Shown one piece after another: positions 33,577-44,684 of a stretch of 64,000 nucleotides of DNA. The position numbers and the translations under genes were made by a program. Each line of letters opens with the position of its first letter. Position 1 is the stretch's first letter. The stretch covers positions 576,001-640,000 of the forward strand of contig CM000429.1 in assembly GCA_000165345.1 (NCBI GenBank), in the 5' to 3' direction. The notes below the pieces were generated by a model. The model was not told the DNA's origin. It worked only from the letters and a program-made list of their open reading frames with translations, and did no database searches.

Positions 33577-34443
33577 ATGAATTATAATGATTATGGGTGC
33601 TTTAAACCATTCATTCTTTCCACTTACAAGAGCTATTTCAATATTTCTCTTGGGAAAGCTCTCCAAATATGGAGTATTATTTGCATCATTTTTAATATAT
33701 TAATTTACCAGATAACTTTCAAGAACCCAAATGGCCTCCCTTTTTTAGTATATACTGCGGATACAACCACTTTCTATTATTATTATTTTACAATGCTTTC
33801 TTCATCCATTTTGGCTTTACTCACCTCCATATTTTCTACAAGAAAGCTTGCAATTTCCTGCTTGTCTTTGACTTTAATCAATCTGATAGCTAACATAGCT
33901 ATGCTGACAAATATGAACTACATTTTTCTTGATAAATCTTCGTTTGGAAATCATTGCATTTTTGAATCCGAGTTTTTCCGAGATTGGAAGAAACCTTTAC
34001 TGCAACAATGTTCTGAAAGCTATTCTAAAATTTGTATATCTAATGAGAAGTTCTATAGCGATCATCTAATTAGAAATTGTGGCATTTTAATACTTGAAGA
34101 CGATTTAAGTTGTGGTAATTTTCAGAAACAACTCATCTCTAATGGTATTATTGATAAATTTGTCAATATTTGTATCAGCCCATCAAAGTACAAATATCAG
34201 GCTTACCTCACAATTTTTGTCACGTATTTGCACTACTTGTTCATTTTAATCACTACTCCAATTGGATTTTCTATTTTGAGAGTAGTTTACTCAATTTATT
34301 GCATTGTTTCTGTTGGAGGTACTGGATGGGAATATTTATCAGCTGAGGAGTTATTGCTTTCACCTCAAGCCGGATTACTAAATGAAAATCCAATTATTCC
34401 TTTCAGATATTCGTTGAATGGCAAAAATTTTTTAAGAGTTTAA
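33577..34443 (+). CDS. Hypothetical polytopic membrane protein
   Basis: 288-aa ORF with several hydrophobic helices; no recognisable family. Confidence 0.4.
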   Translation: MNYNDYGCFKPFILSTYKSYFNISLGKALQIWSIICIIFNILIYQITFKNPNGLPFLVYTADTTTFYYYYFTMLSSSILALLTSIFSTRKLAISCLSLTLINLIANIAMLTNMNYIFLDKSSFGNHCIFESEFFRDWKKPLLQQCSESYSKICISNEKFYSDHLIRNCGILILEDDLSCGNFQKQLISNGIIDKFVNICISPSKYKYQAYLTIFVTYLHYLFILITTPIGFSILRVVYSIYCIVSVGGTGWEYLSAEELLLSPQAGLLNENPIIPFRYSLNGKNFLRV

Positions 34444-34572
34444 TTATCATAATTATTATGTATGCTTATCTTACTAATGCATCAGTCTATTAATTAATTT
34501 GCTATATATACTAGACTATGAAATCTTTGTTAAAAAATTTGAGACATAGTTGCCTAAGTTTTTATTTATGTG

Positions 34573-35272
34573 TTAATCAAGCTTCAAGTTTAATGATAAC
34601 TTACCTCCAGGAATAGATCCTGTAATTTCTTCCATAGCTTCTGCATCTAGACTTTCTTGTAACATGGGAAGAATAAATGTAATTCCCAGAGAAACTGCAG
34701 AAATCAAGACTAGAGGGTTTTTCAATAGGGACAATAAGTTTTGAAGTCCACCGTAGTTATCACTTTCTGTTTTTGTCGAGTATAAGGGCTTTATATTCAA
34801 AACATAACTATTTACTATTGCACCTGGTTTTCCTGTTTTAAAATCAAAAACACTCTTTTTACAAACAAGTCTTGTTCCATCCTTAGATTCCTGTTCGGTT
34901 ATTTGTAGAATGTAGGAATCGTATACATATTCTGGTCCCAGAATTCTTAATAGGTATTCTCCTTTTGGTAAATTGTTGCTAAACAATAATTATACATTTT
35001 ATATAAATATGCACAACTTACATTTGAAAATGCCCAGACGAATTGGGATAAATTGGATGTTCTCTCCCGGTCAAATAAATCTGAGTTCTCATTAAAGAAG
35101 ATTCAGGAGCATCTACTTTTCCAAAAATATCCATCTTTTCATCGCAATACACAGTAGAAGTGTAAGAAAGGAATATAAAGCTGATTGAAAAAACAGTGAT
35201 AAGGAAATAATTAAGCTCAGTAGAAACTTACAAAAAGTACAAAAGAATAATTCTTGTCAAATTATTATTCAT
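34573..35272 (-). CDS. EMC7: ER membrane protein complex subunit 7-like (EMC7); join(complement(35232..35272),complement(35022..35180),complement(34573..34978)), introns of 51 and 43 nt
   Basis: Exon 1 MNNNLTRIILLYFF (signal/TM); introns GTAAGT...CAATCAG and GTAAGT...TTGTTTAG are in phase; the body GHFQINNLPKGEYLLRILGPEYVYD parallels EMC7's [25 protein letters not shown]; C-terminal TM helix. Confidence 0.65.
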
Positions 35273-35464
35273 TTCAAGAGTGCATAAATTGTGTTTATTA
35301 GTAATTCTTCAAATTTCAATTATTAATTAAAAAAAAAAAAATTTCCCTCCATTTAATTTCCTCACGCTAAAAGAAAAATTTGAGCACATCTTTTATTATT
35401 AGTTCAATATTTAAATCAACTCACAAATATATTTAGTATCATAATATAGTTTTTATATAGATTT

Positions 35465-35896
35465 ATGAGTTCAGGCACGAAAGTTTCTTTTAAAATAATT
35501 CTCGCATCTGATAGAAATAGACCTTACAAGATGTAAGTTATTTATTGTTGATATTTATTGTTAATAAATTGCCAGACTATCAGTACCAGAGGATGCTCCA
35601 TTTACTGCAGTGATTAAGTTTGCATCTGAACAGGTAAGTTTTTTTAAAGGCTCCATTTAGCATAAATTATGATTATTACTCTGAATGGTCAGTTTAAGGT
35701 ATCTTCTGCAACGAGCGCAGTGATAACTTTGGAAGGTGTTGGAATAAATCCAAACAACACTGCAGGACAAATTTTCCTCAAGCATGGGTCAGAGCTACAA
35801 CTAATTCCAAGAGATCGAGTTGGTTGCAGCATCAACTCCAACATTGCTCGCAATACATATGGTAAGGGGAGTCTTTTTTATTCTCCAATTTTTTAA
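35465..35896 (+). CDS. UFM1: Ubiquitin-fold modifier 1 (UFM1); join(35465..35532,35576..35633,35693..35896), introns of 43 and 59 nt
   Basis: [22 protein letters not shown]|[20 protein letters not shown]|[44 protein letters not shown] is almost colinear with human UFM1; followed by a 23-aa C-terminal extension before the TAA. Confidence 0.8.
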
Positions 35897-36049
35897 AATG
35901 CTTCAAATCCATTGACCTATATATTATGTAATTTGAAAGTGGATATAAATAATGAATAATATATAAAGGGGAGAAAAATTAAAACGCTAAAGTATTTTAA
36001 AACTCTAATTATATATAAATGAAAAAGTTATTTAACCCTATCAATATAT

Positions 36050-36571
36050 TTAGTCGCTCAATTTGCCAGAATTTTCTTTAGACAAGTCATCTAGCAAACT
36101 TTTATATTCTTCTAAATGTTGTTTCATCTGATCTAAAAGTTGATTTTTTTCATTCACCTGCGCCTCTAATTCATCACAAATCTGGTGATAGGTTTGTATT
36201 ATTCTGAGCTTCTCCAATATATGGTTCATATTATTATATATTTTAATTATCTTCTTGACTGATGAAGTATCTACAACTCCCTTTCCTGAATTCTCCAAAA
36301 GTTTGAGTATTTCCATTTGAAACATTTCATTTAACATCATCAACTCCGCTGGCAAGTCAACATTGGATTCATTATACAAGATTGTGTCGCTATCTAACGG
36401 ATGAATTGAAATATCCGAAGAGAGCTGAGAGCCAAAGCAAGTAAAGGGCCCCTCAATGCAGGGAGGTGGCTTTATTTTTGCTACTTTGTCTTCATGATCA
36501 AAGAGACGGAAGTATGGTGGTGGAGGTGGAAAAGATGAAACTATATTTTGTTGGCCATTTGCATTATCCAT
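36050..36571 (-). CDS. MED7: Mediator complex subunit 7
   Basis: FPPPPPYFRLF...KPPP...FGSQ...I.PLDS motif pattern, and a C-terminal helical region matching MED7. Confidence 0.7.
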   Translation of the reverse strand: MDNANGQQNIVSSFPPPPPYFRLFDHEDKVAKIKPPPCIEGPFTCFGSQLSSDISIHPLDSDTILYNESNVDLPAELMMLNEMFQMEILKLLENSGKGVVDTSSVKKIIKIYNNMNHILEKLRIIQTYHQICDELEAQVNEKNQLLDQMKQHLEEYKSLLDDLSKENSGKLSD

Positions 36572-36626
36572 AGATAAGAATTTTTCGCGAATAATTGCAA
36601 TTGGTCAAATATAATTAATTTTCGAA

Positions 36627-36636
36627 TTTTGGCGCC
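36627..36636. promoter_or_regulatory. E2F-like site TTTTGGCGCC, 56 bp upstream of MED7
   Basis: As above. Confidence 0.4.
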
Positions 36637-36799
36637 TAGTCTTTATAATAAACACCAGTTATGAGAATATTTTCTGGAGAAACAGACTTGCTGATAAATG
36701 TAGAGTAGACCAAACTAGTAAACCCTTTGTTTTTAAGCCAAAATAGCCTATTAGTATAAATTAGTCAGTATAGAAACCTAGGTAATCACTATTTAAAAC

Positions 36800-38310
36800 T
36801 TACCTACATGAGTCTAGAATGTATTTTGCTTTGAATCCGTAATTGCTTCTATAATCACTGGTTCCAGTGGACCAGGAAGAAATGGATGCAAGAAAATTAA
36901 AGCACTCTTCTGTATTATCGAAAAGGCCTTCTTGTGTAGCTATTTGATTGAGCATTTCGGCCCCAAGATGCTGTGAAATCAAGCATCTGTGATGGCAACA
37001 GGGGGACATTATTATAATAAGCATAGAACCACTTTTCATCTCTTTAATAGCGCTTTGAGATGATTTAAGACCTAAGTCGAATCCATTTCCGCACAAATGT
37101 TTAGAAATTACAAAAATCTTTAGAATTTTTTTTTTTGCAAAATTGTTAATTATAGTTTCTTCAAGCCTAAAATGCATCAATAAGTACATTTTTATAATGA
37201 TTTCAAGTGCTGAACTTACCTCGAAATATCAGGGCCACCTCCATTTGATAAAGTAGTCAAGATATATTTGAGTTCTTCTTTACTGAGTTGTTCAACTTCT
37301 TCAATTGTCTGAATTTGTTTTCCTGATGAATCATGCATCCATATTTTTTGCTCAAGTAAAGTACTAATAATCCATGGTACATTTCCATTTCCCAAACTTG
37401 AGTACATATGAGCTCTTATTGACTCTTTAGAAATGTCTTCATTGTTGCAAACCAAAATTAGAGAATTAATATCAAACTGTTCAATATCAAGTCTTAATCT
37501 GATGGAAGAAATAGATTCATCAAGCTTTTCCATTTGTTTCCTCCTTGACTCTCTGTCAATTATCACACTTCTAAATTTAGAAGGTTTAATCTTATTTTGA
37601 GGCTTTCCACATTCTTTAATGAACCAATAAGACAAAATTGCATTTCCAGCTCCATACTCTATTATTAAAGAGTTTTCAGCATCAAATAAGAGGTTGTTAT
37701 TTGAATTATTACAAGATATAGAGTTTTCACTATTAATTAGTCTCTTGGTGAATTCTTTGGAAATACTTATAGCTTGTAGTTCATGCCTATTCAAATTTAA
37801 ATTATCAATATCTACCTGTCTTGATTCAAAATGGGGGTTTTTACCAAATTCACGTACACAAAAATCATGAAGTTTATCAACAAATTCCAATCTTTCTTTT
37901 GAAACTATTAATTTTTTCTTGGAATCTGAATGATTGTTTTTATTCGCTTTTCGATTGATTTCTTCTATATGTGAAGTTTCAGTTACTTGTAATTTCTCTC
38001 TAATATTCAACAAGTTGTGAGGAGGCCCATTATTATGCATACAAAATGGCTGATTAAGTTCATATGCAATATCTCTAACTCTAGAGCACTTTCTAATATG
38101 AGATCTTATTTTATTTATAGAAACAAAATGTCTACCATCAATAAAACAAGGAATAATCTTGTTAACTAATTTTTCATGATTCTCATCACAAACTTGATCT
38201 TGTATTCCTTTGTGTAAGTTGCAGAAGTTAGAATCTCCATATCTAGGAAATTTGCAATTTCTAGATTTTGACTTTATAAAAAAAGTGCAAGTTTGTACCT
38301 GAATTTCCAT
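36800..38310 (-). CDS. TRM13: tRNA:m4X 2'-O-methyltransferase TRM13; join(complement(37220..38310),complement(36800..37166)), 53-nt intron
   Basis: N-terminal CHHC zinc fingers (C..FPRYGDSNFCNLH; CFIDGRHFVSINKIRSHIRKC), a methyltransferase core, and C-terminal HLCGNGFDLGL...CCHHRC; GTAAGT...CATTTTAG joins the two track ORFs in frame. Confidence 0.7.
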
Positions 38311-38486
38311 AAAGAGTCAAGATTGACAATTTCTCAAAATATTTCTACCTTAAAAAAAAAATTCTATCAACAACTAATTCAAGGAACTCAGACATGAAAA
38401 TTTTTCAGGTTTGCGTATTTCTGAAGTAACTTATTGTAGTAAAACAAACTTTTTTTTTTGGAATTCGGGAGATCTACCTAATTTCG

Positions 38487-38494
38487 TTGGCGCC
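38487..38494. promoter_or_regulatory. E2F-like site TTGGCGCC in the divergent TRM13 / syntaxin-5 promoter
   Basis: As above. Confidence 0.4.
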
Positions 38495-38642
38495 TTCTGC
38501 TAGCCCCTCTTTAAATAATATACCTGTAATATTTGTGTTCATGTTATTAACCAAGTAAATCCGCCACATGTACATTAATAAGGCGAATAGATAAAAGGGA
38601 AATAGGTAAAGGATCAAATAAGTTTGATGGTGGAAAGTAAAG

Positions 38643-39617
38643 ATGCTAAATAGCGATAGAACAGCAGATTTTTTTAATTTCGTAGAAAAGCATGACAGCA
38701 CAAGAAGTGAGGGAAGGATAGGAAATTCTGGGCAATCTAACAGATATTCCAATTCGATCCAGGGTAGCCAATTTAATCTATTGGCATCAGAAATTAGCCA
38801 AGAAATGAATTCTACGTCTTTAAAGATTGAGGAGTTGAATAGAATAGTTAAACAAAAAGGTCTTTTTAGAGATAGAACAAATCAAATACATCAGCTTACT
38901 GAGGATATTAAGACAAGCGTGACAGAACTAAACTCCAGGCTTGAAGTCCTACAGCAACATGCTCAACAAGGCTTTCCATCATCTGGTGGTTATTATCAAA
39001 GCAGCCAACATTATATGACAATGGTAGAAACTTTGAAAGCAAGAATGCTTGATATTACACGAGACTTCAAGGATACACTTCAGAAAAGAACTGAAGTAAT
39101 TCAGCAACAAGATTGGAGAAGGAATCTATATTCATATTCATCAAATTCAAATAATTTATCAGGTTTTGGGAGCTCAATAGGAGATTCAAAAACTTCGTTT
39201 AGTAGCGGAACAAAGTACTCTAAGATGAGTAGAGTTCCTTTTGATATAGAGAGTGGAGAACATGGCATGGATCAAGGAGGGACTGAATTTGAATTTGGAG
39301 CAGCCCAAAGTATGATGCAGCACCAAAATCAGTCCTTTTCATATGCAAGATCTAGAGCAGAAGCTGTAGAGAATGTTCAAAGAATGATTGGTGAGTTGGC
39401 ACAAATCTTCCAGAAAGTTGCAGGAATGGTCACTCAGCAAGAGGAAATGATTCAAAGAATAGATGAAGATATCTCAAATACCTTTTCAAACGTTGAACAT
39501 GGCCATGCAGAGCTTATTAAATACTATAACTATGTGAAATCCAACAGAGGTTTGATCATTAAGCTATTTTTACTATTGATTGCTTTCATCATATTCTATG
39601 TAATCTTCCTAACTTGA
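38643..39617 (+). CDS. STX5: Syntaxin-5 (Sed5-like Qa-SNARE)
   Basis: N-terminal DRTADF (Sly1-binding DRTxxF motif), C-terminal SNARE heptads and a TM anchor. Confidence 0.75.
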   Translation: MLNSDRTADFFNFVEKHDSTRSEGRIGNSGQSNRYSNSIQGSQFNLLASEISQEMNSTSLKIEELNRIVKQKGLFRDRTNQIHQLTEDIKTSVTELNSRLEVLQQHAQQGFPSSGGYYQSSQHYMTMVETLKARMLDITRDFKDTLQKRTEVIQQQDWRRNLYSYSSNSNNLSGFGSSIGDSKTSFSSGTKYSKMSRVPFDIESGEHGMDQGGTEFEFGAAQSMMQHQNQSFSYARSRAEAVENVQRMIGELAQIFQKVAGMVTQQEEMIQRIDEDISNTFSNVEHGHAELIKYYNYVKSNRGLIIKLFLLLIAFIIFYVIFLT

Positions 39618-39715
39618 AAAAGATCTTAATTTAGAATTAAAAAAGAAGAAATAATATATAAATCAATTATAGAATTTTTATGCTAAGTATAAATAAAATA
39701 TATTAAGTTATATAA

Positions 39716-42700
39716 TTAATGCATATTTTTAAGTTGCTCAATTAGAGTTTCTAATTGGTTTACATTGTCAGGTAGTTTTAGTTTTCTTGCAGACTTGAAT
39801 GAATGTAGTTCTTTTAAGACTGATTTCTGCAGATCTATAGGAAAATCAAGGAATAATTCTATAGTATCTCCGCATACAAATCCTCTGGGAGTTCCTGAAC
39901 AATCATATTCAAAGTTATAACTTTCTTTCGTACTATTTAATTCCCATCTTAATGGTAGGTAATCCTTCCCACAAAGAACTCCCACTACTCCTGTAAATAT
40001 AGAAGAGTTGGAGTTTCTTATAAATAACTTCTTCAAGTCTGAATCCCTTAAATTGTATACCTTATTTCTTAATTTTATGTCCATATTACTATTTTTTAAA
40101 GCATGAATGATTGCTTCTTCAATCAATACTAACTGAGAGAAAAATTTTGGATCATCTTTAATACTGAATAAAAGGTAGATTCCTCCTTGAGAGCTCCCAA
40201 AAGCTATTTGTTCATCAAACATTAGTTTCCCAGGACTTTCTTCCATGCAATCTTGTCCACCTGTGCACTTTCTCGTTTCAGGATATGCCTGAGTAAATTT
40301 CCCTTGTTGAAAGGTGGTTATTGATTCCCCAACATGAAGATGAGCAATACATGACAAGCTAGTATAAGTTTCATCATTTTCTGGGTTTAAAGTTCGCATA
40401 AGGACTCTCAAATTTCGATTCTCATCAGAAATTAAGTACATATCCTTTGATAGGAATATTCCCTCTACTACCCAAGCTATGGAGTTATCTCTACAAACTT
40501 CGTGAAATTTACCAGTATATCTATCAAACTCCCAAAGTCCAACTGATCTCATCAGATCTCCAACAAGGATATATTCTCCATTCAAAATTTTAATAAACAC
40601 TATCATTGTATGAGTACAATAAGTTTCTTTCCTTTTAAGTTCAATACTTGTCAATTCAAGATCCATTTCTGTGTTCATCCAAATATCAGATGAGCTCGAA
40701 GAGCTTGAACTAGAAGAATCTGCTAAATTTTTGGAAATGTGAAGTTCCAGGCAAATTAGTGAATTCTCAATAGAAATTAGTAATTGAGACATTTTGAATT
40801 CTTTTATTACAAATGGAGCAACTTCAGTCTCATATACGGCAGACTCTAATAGAGTATATGAATAATGTTTGTTGATAATTGAATAAAGCGTAATTTTTCC
40901 GAAACTCTCGGTTCCCATATTTGAGTTCGAATTTGAATCAATATTTGATTCAACTTTACTGGTACCAATGGCCAAGAAGGATCTAACATCATTTTCATCA
41001 TTGGAAGCACGCAAAGTTACATATTCCAAACATGTTGGGTACGTATTGGTTTCTAAAAATTTGCAATAGTGAATCTTCATATCTTTTGCTGATATGAGGC
41101 AAATTACTGATTGTATAAATGTTAATTCATTTTCTTTGATAGAATCTTTTTCATTATTTTCAATCATTTCAGATTCCAAAATAGGCTCGAGTATTGTGGA
41201 TCTACCCTTATATCTTTCCTTAACTCCGGCTACTGCATACATATTGAGATCCTTAATAAAACAAACCTTTTCTGGAGTAAATTCAAGAGGGATGCTCCTA
41301 CAATTGTACCTCTGAAGAGTGTCTACAAGTCCAATTTTTATTAAAGCTTGTTGGCTTGTTTTTCTTGATATTTGGATTCCACCCAATTTCTCAGGATCTT
41401 GATTTGCCAAGTTATCAATATGAATTTCATTGGCGGCTTTTTCTTCATGAGTTATATACAAAATACATGTCTTGGTTGCATAATTATCTTTTTTGGTTAA
41501 TTCTTGTTTTAGTAGAGGGCTTGGAGGTATTCTAATTTGGCATAGGAAAGGAATCCATGATGAATGTATGTTAAAGAAGCTCCATACACCAAGCCCGTGT
41601 TTTCCTTTACCAGAGTTATAGCTCCAAAACAAGACTTTAGGTTGTTCACAACAAATGAAAAAATGTCTATTTAAGCTTTCAGAAATTTCCATCTCGTAGA
41701 TTTCAGAAATAAAGCTATTGGAGATTTTCCATGTATTATAATGGTTAAATCTACAATTGTCCTTTAATTCGACCTTTTCTTGTCCATTTCTCATTAAATT
41801 TCTTATTGAATCTTTGGAAATATATTGCAATTGCAAGTACCCGTTATTTGTGCCAACTATTAGTCCAATAAATTCTTCTGTATGTTTTTGATTCTGTGTT
41901 TCAATCATCCTTTCTAGCTCAAAGACCTTTAAAGAGGTAACCATAGTCTCATATTCTCGAAATTCAGTTTCAATATTCAATAAAAGTTCAAAATTTGGGA
42001 TTTTTCCAGTTTCCTGCTTATTGTAGTAAATACAACTTAATTTACTTCCATTCATCCATGTCCCTAAGATGATAAGTATATAGTTGTCTATAGAAAAGAG
42101 TCCCATAATACAAACTTCATCCATTGTATTCGAAATTGAATTATTTAGTATATTCTTTTCATTATTCAAATCTTTACTTTCTTCTGATAAGTGATTGATT
42201 CGCAAGTCCTCGGAGATTAGTTCAAAAAGTTCAGTTTTAGTTCTGAAATAAATCAAGCTAAGAACACTTTCATCATCAAACCTATACAATAACAATAATC
42301 CAGTGCCTGTACAGATGACAACAACTTCGTTTTTTTCACAAAAATCAAACTTCTCAATATATTCCAAACTAGAATCAGCAATAGGAGGAAGATTATCTTT
42401 TAGCAACCATTTTTTATGATGATCATTCGTCTCTCCTGTGGGGAACAATCCTGAAGGAGTTACTTGATAGGAGTAATTGCCTCTAAAAGTACAAACTTTG
42501 ATTGTTTCTTCATCTTTCACAAGCCCCCATAGTTCGCACTTTTCGAAGTTAATAAAACATTTCTTAGGAGAAACAGGACTTGAATTTTTCCCTTTTGGTT
42601 GGTTGGGATTTTCTTTATTAAAGCCATCAACAGAATCCATTACTTTACAATCATCTTTGCCTTTCTCATAACTCCATGCTATTTTGTAGCAATAAGAATG

Positions 42701-44197
42701 ATCAATTCCTGTCACAATAACTTTGCCAATAGTGCTACAAAGTGAGAATATCCTTGTAATTTGGCCCACAAATGAGTCGTTACTTATATATATGTTTTGG
42801 AGACCAATACCATTACAAATCGACTTCAAAGCTCCTCCCGATCCAAATCCGCAAGCTGCAATGAGTGGTAAAGGATCTCTTTTTGATATTTGGCTTGGAA
42901 TATCTTCATATTTAGTTTCTTCCTTTCTATCAAAATTTGTAAAAATGAGATCTTTTATTGGGCCAATATTTGGCAAACTCGAAATAATATAAAAATTGTT
43001 ATTTTTGGAATATAATAACAAGGAATCTGAAAGCTTTGAAGCTAAAAAGAATAAATCATCCCCCAGATTTACGATTCTAGAGAATGGAGAGTATCTATTG
43101 AGTATATTCAGCCTTATATCAACTACTTTGTCGATATCATCTTGATCATACTCTACAAGCATTATAAAAAGCCGACCCAGATTGTCTAGAACCAGCCATC
43201 TTGAACCATCATCCAAGTTCAAAATATCAGTTATTGATAAAGGAGAGAGACCAATATCCATTCCACTGAATGCTGATGAATTAAATCTGCTTGTCACTAT
43301 TTTTTGGGTACTTGAAATAGTTTCTGAATTTTTGGTTTTATTTGGCATAATTTCCTCAATCGATCGGTACTCTACAATCCCATCTCCAAATAAAAAGAAA
43401 CCTTTAACCATTTTTTGTTTTTTAGACCTATAATATAGTGGGGCTATTTTGAAGACATTTTGTTGCATAACATGGCCTATATTTGTATTATAAGACCATT
43501 TACGTAGATCAATCGGTAGTTCAATAATTTTCATCAGCCTAGGATCTTTTGAATACCCTGAATCATATAAAATCCCCAATAGGCTCCTTTCATTTGTAGT
43601 ATTTGCTAGGCAAATATCAGTTACAGATAGTTCTGAAAGTCGGATAATTAAAGGGGAAGTAAAAACAGCCTTATCTTCTTCATCTTTGCTCGAAATTTCA
43701 CATCCCACAACCTGTAAACAACCCTCATAAGCCAAAATCACTATTCTATTCTTTTCAGAATGAACCATCATTTTGATTAATTGTGATTTTCTTAAATTCT
43801 CTCTATACAAGGAAACCTTATCTAATATGCTCATACATAAAATCTTCTCAGAATCAGAATTCAGCAAATGTGCTCTTAGTAAAATGAGCTCATATTCCCT
43901 GGTAAAAATCAACACATCATCGAAATCCTGGTTTTTTGGACGAAATCTATCAATTTCTATTATGTCCTTGTATATTTCTACTGTCCCAACTTTATTCAAA
44001 GCAGGTATGTCAACAATTTCATCATCAAAAAGTTTCTCATCAAAAAAAACTGCATCCTTATTAATTTCATATATTTCAATACTTCTTGTTTTTATTGCTA
44101 ATAGTCTAATTATACCATCTCCAAATAAATCCACCTTTAAAATCCCTTTAAAAGACCCCGATTCAAAGGCTGTCACCACATAGTTGTACTGAGACAT
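39716..44197 (-). CDS. DDB1: DNA damage-binding protein 1 (DDB1, CUL4 adaptor), 1493 aa
   Basis: N-terminal MSQYNYVVTAFESG (DDB1 MSYNYVVTAQKP), internal ILVGDLMRSVGLWEF (DDB1 ILVGDLMRSVLLLAY), C-terminal GFVCGDTIELFLD...LIEQLKNMH (DDB1 GFIDGDLIESFLD...VVEELTRIH); ATG at 44197. Confidence 0.8.
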   Translation of the reverse strand: MSQYNYVVTAFESGSFKGILKVDLFGDGIIRLLAIKTRSIEIYEINKDAVFFDEKLFDDEIVDIPALNKVGTVEIYKDIIEIDRFRPKNQDFDDVLIFTREYELILLRAHLLNSDSEKILCMSILDKVSLYRENLRKSQLIKMMVHSEKNRIVILAYEGCLQVVGCEISSKDEEDKAVFTSPLIIRLSELSVTDICLANTTNERSLLGILYDSGYSKDPRLMKIIELPIDLRKWSYNTNIGHVMQQNVFKIAPLYYRSKKQKMVKGFFLFGDGIVEYRSIEEIMPNKTKNSETISSTQKIVTSRFNSSAFSGMDIGLSPLSITDILNLDDGSRWLVLDNLGRLFIMLVEYDQDDIDKVVDIRLNILNRYSPFSRIVNLGDDLFFLASKLSDSLLLYSKNNNFYIISSLPNIGPIKDLIFTNFDRKEETKYEDIPSQISKRDPLPLIAACGFGSGGALKSICNGIGLQNIYISNDSFVGQITRIFSLCSTIGKVIVTGIDHSYCYKIAWSYEKGKDDCKVMDSVDGFNKENPNQPKGKNSSPVSPKKCFINFEKCELWGLVKDEETIKVCTFRGNYSYQVTPSGLFPTGETNDHHKKWLLKDNLPPIADSSLEYIEKFDFCEKNEVVVICTGTGLLLLYRFDDESVLSLIYFRTKTELFELISEDLRINHLSEESKDLNNEKNILNNSISNTMDEVCIMGLFSIDNYILIILGTWMNGSKLSCIYYNKQETGKIPNFELLLNIETEFREYETMVTSLKVFELERMIETQNQKHTEEFIGLIVGTNNGYLQLQYISKDSIRNLMRNGQEKVELKDNCRFNHYNTWKISNSFISEIYEMEISESLNRHFFICCEQPKVLFWSYNSGKGKHGLGVWSFFNIHSSWIPFLCQIRIPPSPLLKQELTKKDNYATKTCILYITHEEKAANEIHIDNLANQDPEKLGGIQISRKTSQQALIKIGLVDTLQRYNCRSIPLEFTPEKVCFIKDLNMYAVAGVKERYKGRSTILEPILESEMIENNEKDSIKENELTFIQSVICLISAKDMKIHYCKFLETNTYPTCLEYVTLRASNDENDVRSFLAIGTSKVESNIDSNSNSNMGTESFGKITLYSIINKHYSYTLLESAVYETEVAPFVIKEFKMSQLLISIENSLICLELHISKNLADSSSSSSSSSSDIWMNTEMDLELTSIELKRKETYCTHTMIVFIKILNGEYILVGDLMRSVGLWEFDRYTGKFHEVCRDNSIAWVVEGIFLSKDMYLISDENRNLRVLMRTLNPENDETYTSLSCIAHLHVGESITTFQQGKFTQAYPETRKCTGGQDCMEESPGKLMFDEQIAFGSSQGGIYLLFSIKDDPKFFSQLVLIEEAIIHALKNSNMDIKLRNKVYNLRDSDLKKLFIRNSNSSIFTGVVGVLCGKDYLPLRWELNSTKESYNFEYDCSGTPRGFVCGDTIELFLDFPIDLQKSVLKELHSFKSARKLKLPDNVNQLETLIEQLKNMH

Positions 44198-44684
44198 CTT
44201 GATTCAGCCATTTCAGCACAGACTAAAAATGTGGCAGCTATATAATTTTTTATTCTTCTATTAACTCTTCACACGCCCAGATTTTTGTTGCTTTAATTCT
44301 GCAACTACAATTAAACTTTAATATTAAGAAAATAATTTACCGCCAAGTATTTGATGCACTACTATGCCGGCATACAATTATCTTTCAAAGACCACACAAA
44401 TTGGAATTCACTAACAAAAAAAAAAAAGATATAATTGCTCGAAATTTTAAAAGCCTCATTTTTTGTAATCAATTAAAAGCAATTATTATATGATCGTTTA
44501 CCTACATGCAAACTATTTGAAAAGTTAATTCTATCTCTTATGTATAATATAATTTCTATGAATATTCTGTATAAATATGAAAAGGATATTTTCTTGCTGG
44601 GGGAGACTTATTTATGACTCCCTTTTTTCATTACCCTTATCTTCAAATAAAACACTTTTTTTTCTTACTATATAACAATTTTTG

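Noticed and set aside
35181-35231. Alternative reading of the EMC7 5' region as a single intron joining frame A of the middle exon
   Set aside because: That frame contains an in-frame TGA 9 codons before the donor. Only the two-intron model (phase-1 then phase-2 junctions) gives an open, signal-peptide-bearing N-terminus.
38474-38752. 92-aa minus-strand ORF overlapping the syntaxin-5 start
   Set aside because: It lies in the TRM13/Stx5 divergent promoter and the Stx5 5' coding region, with hydrophobic low-complexity sequence and no support.
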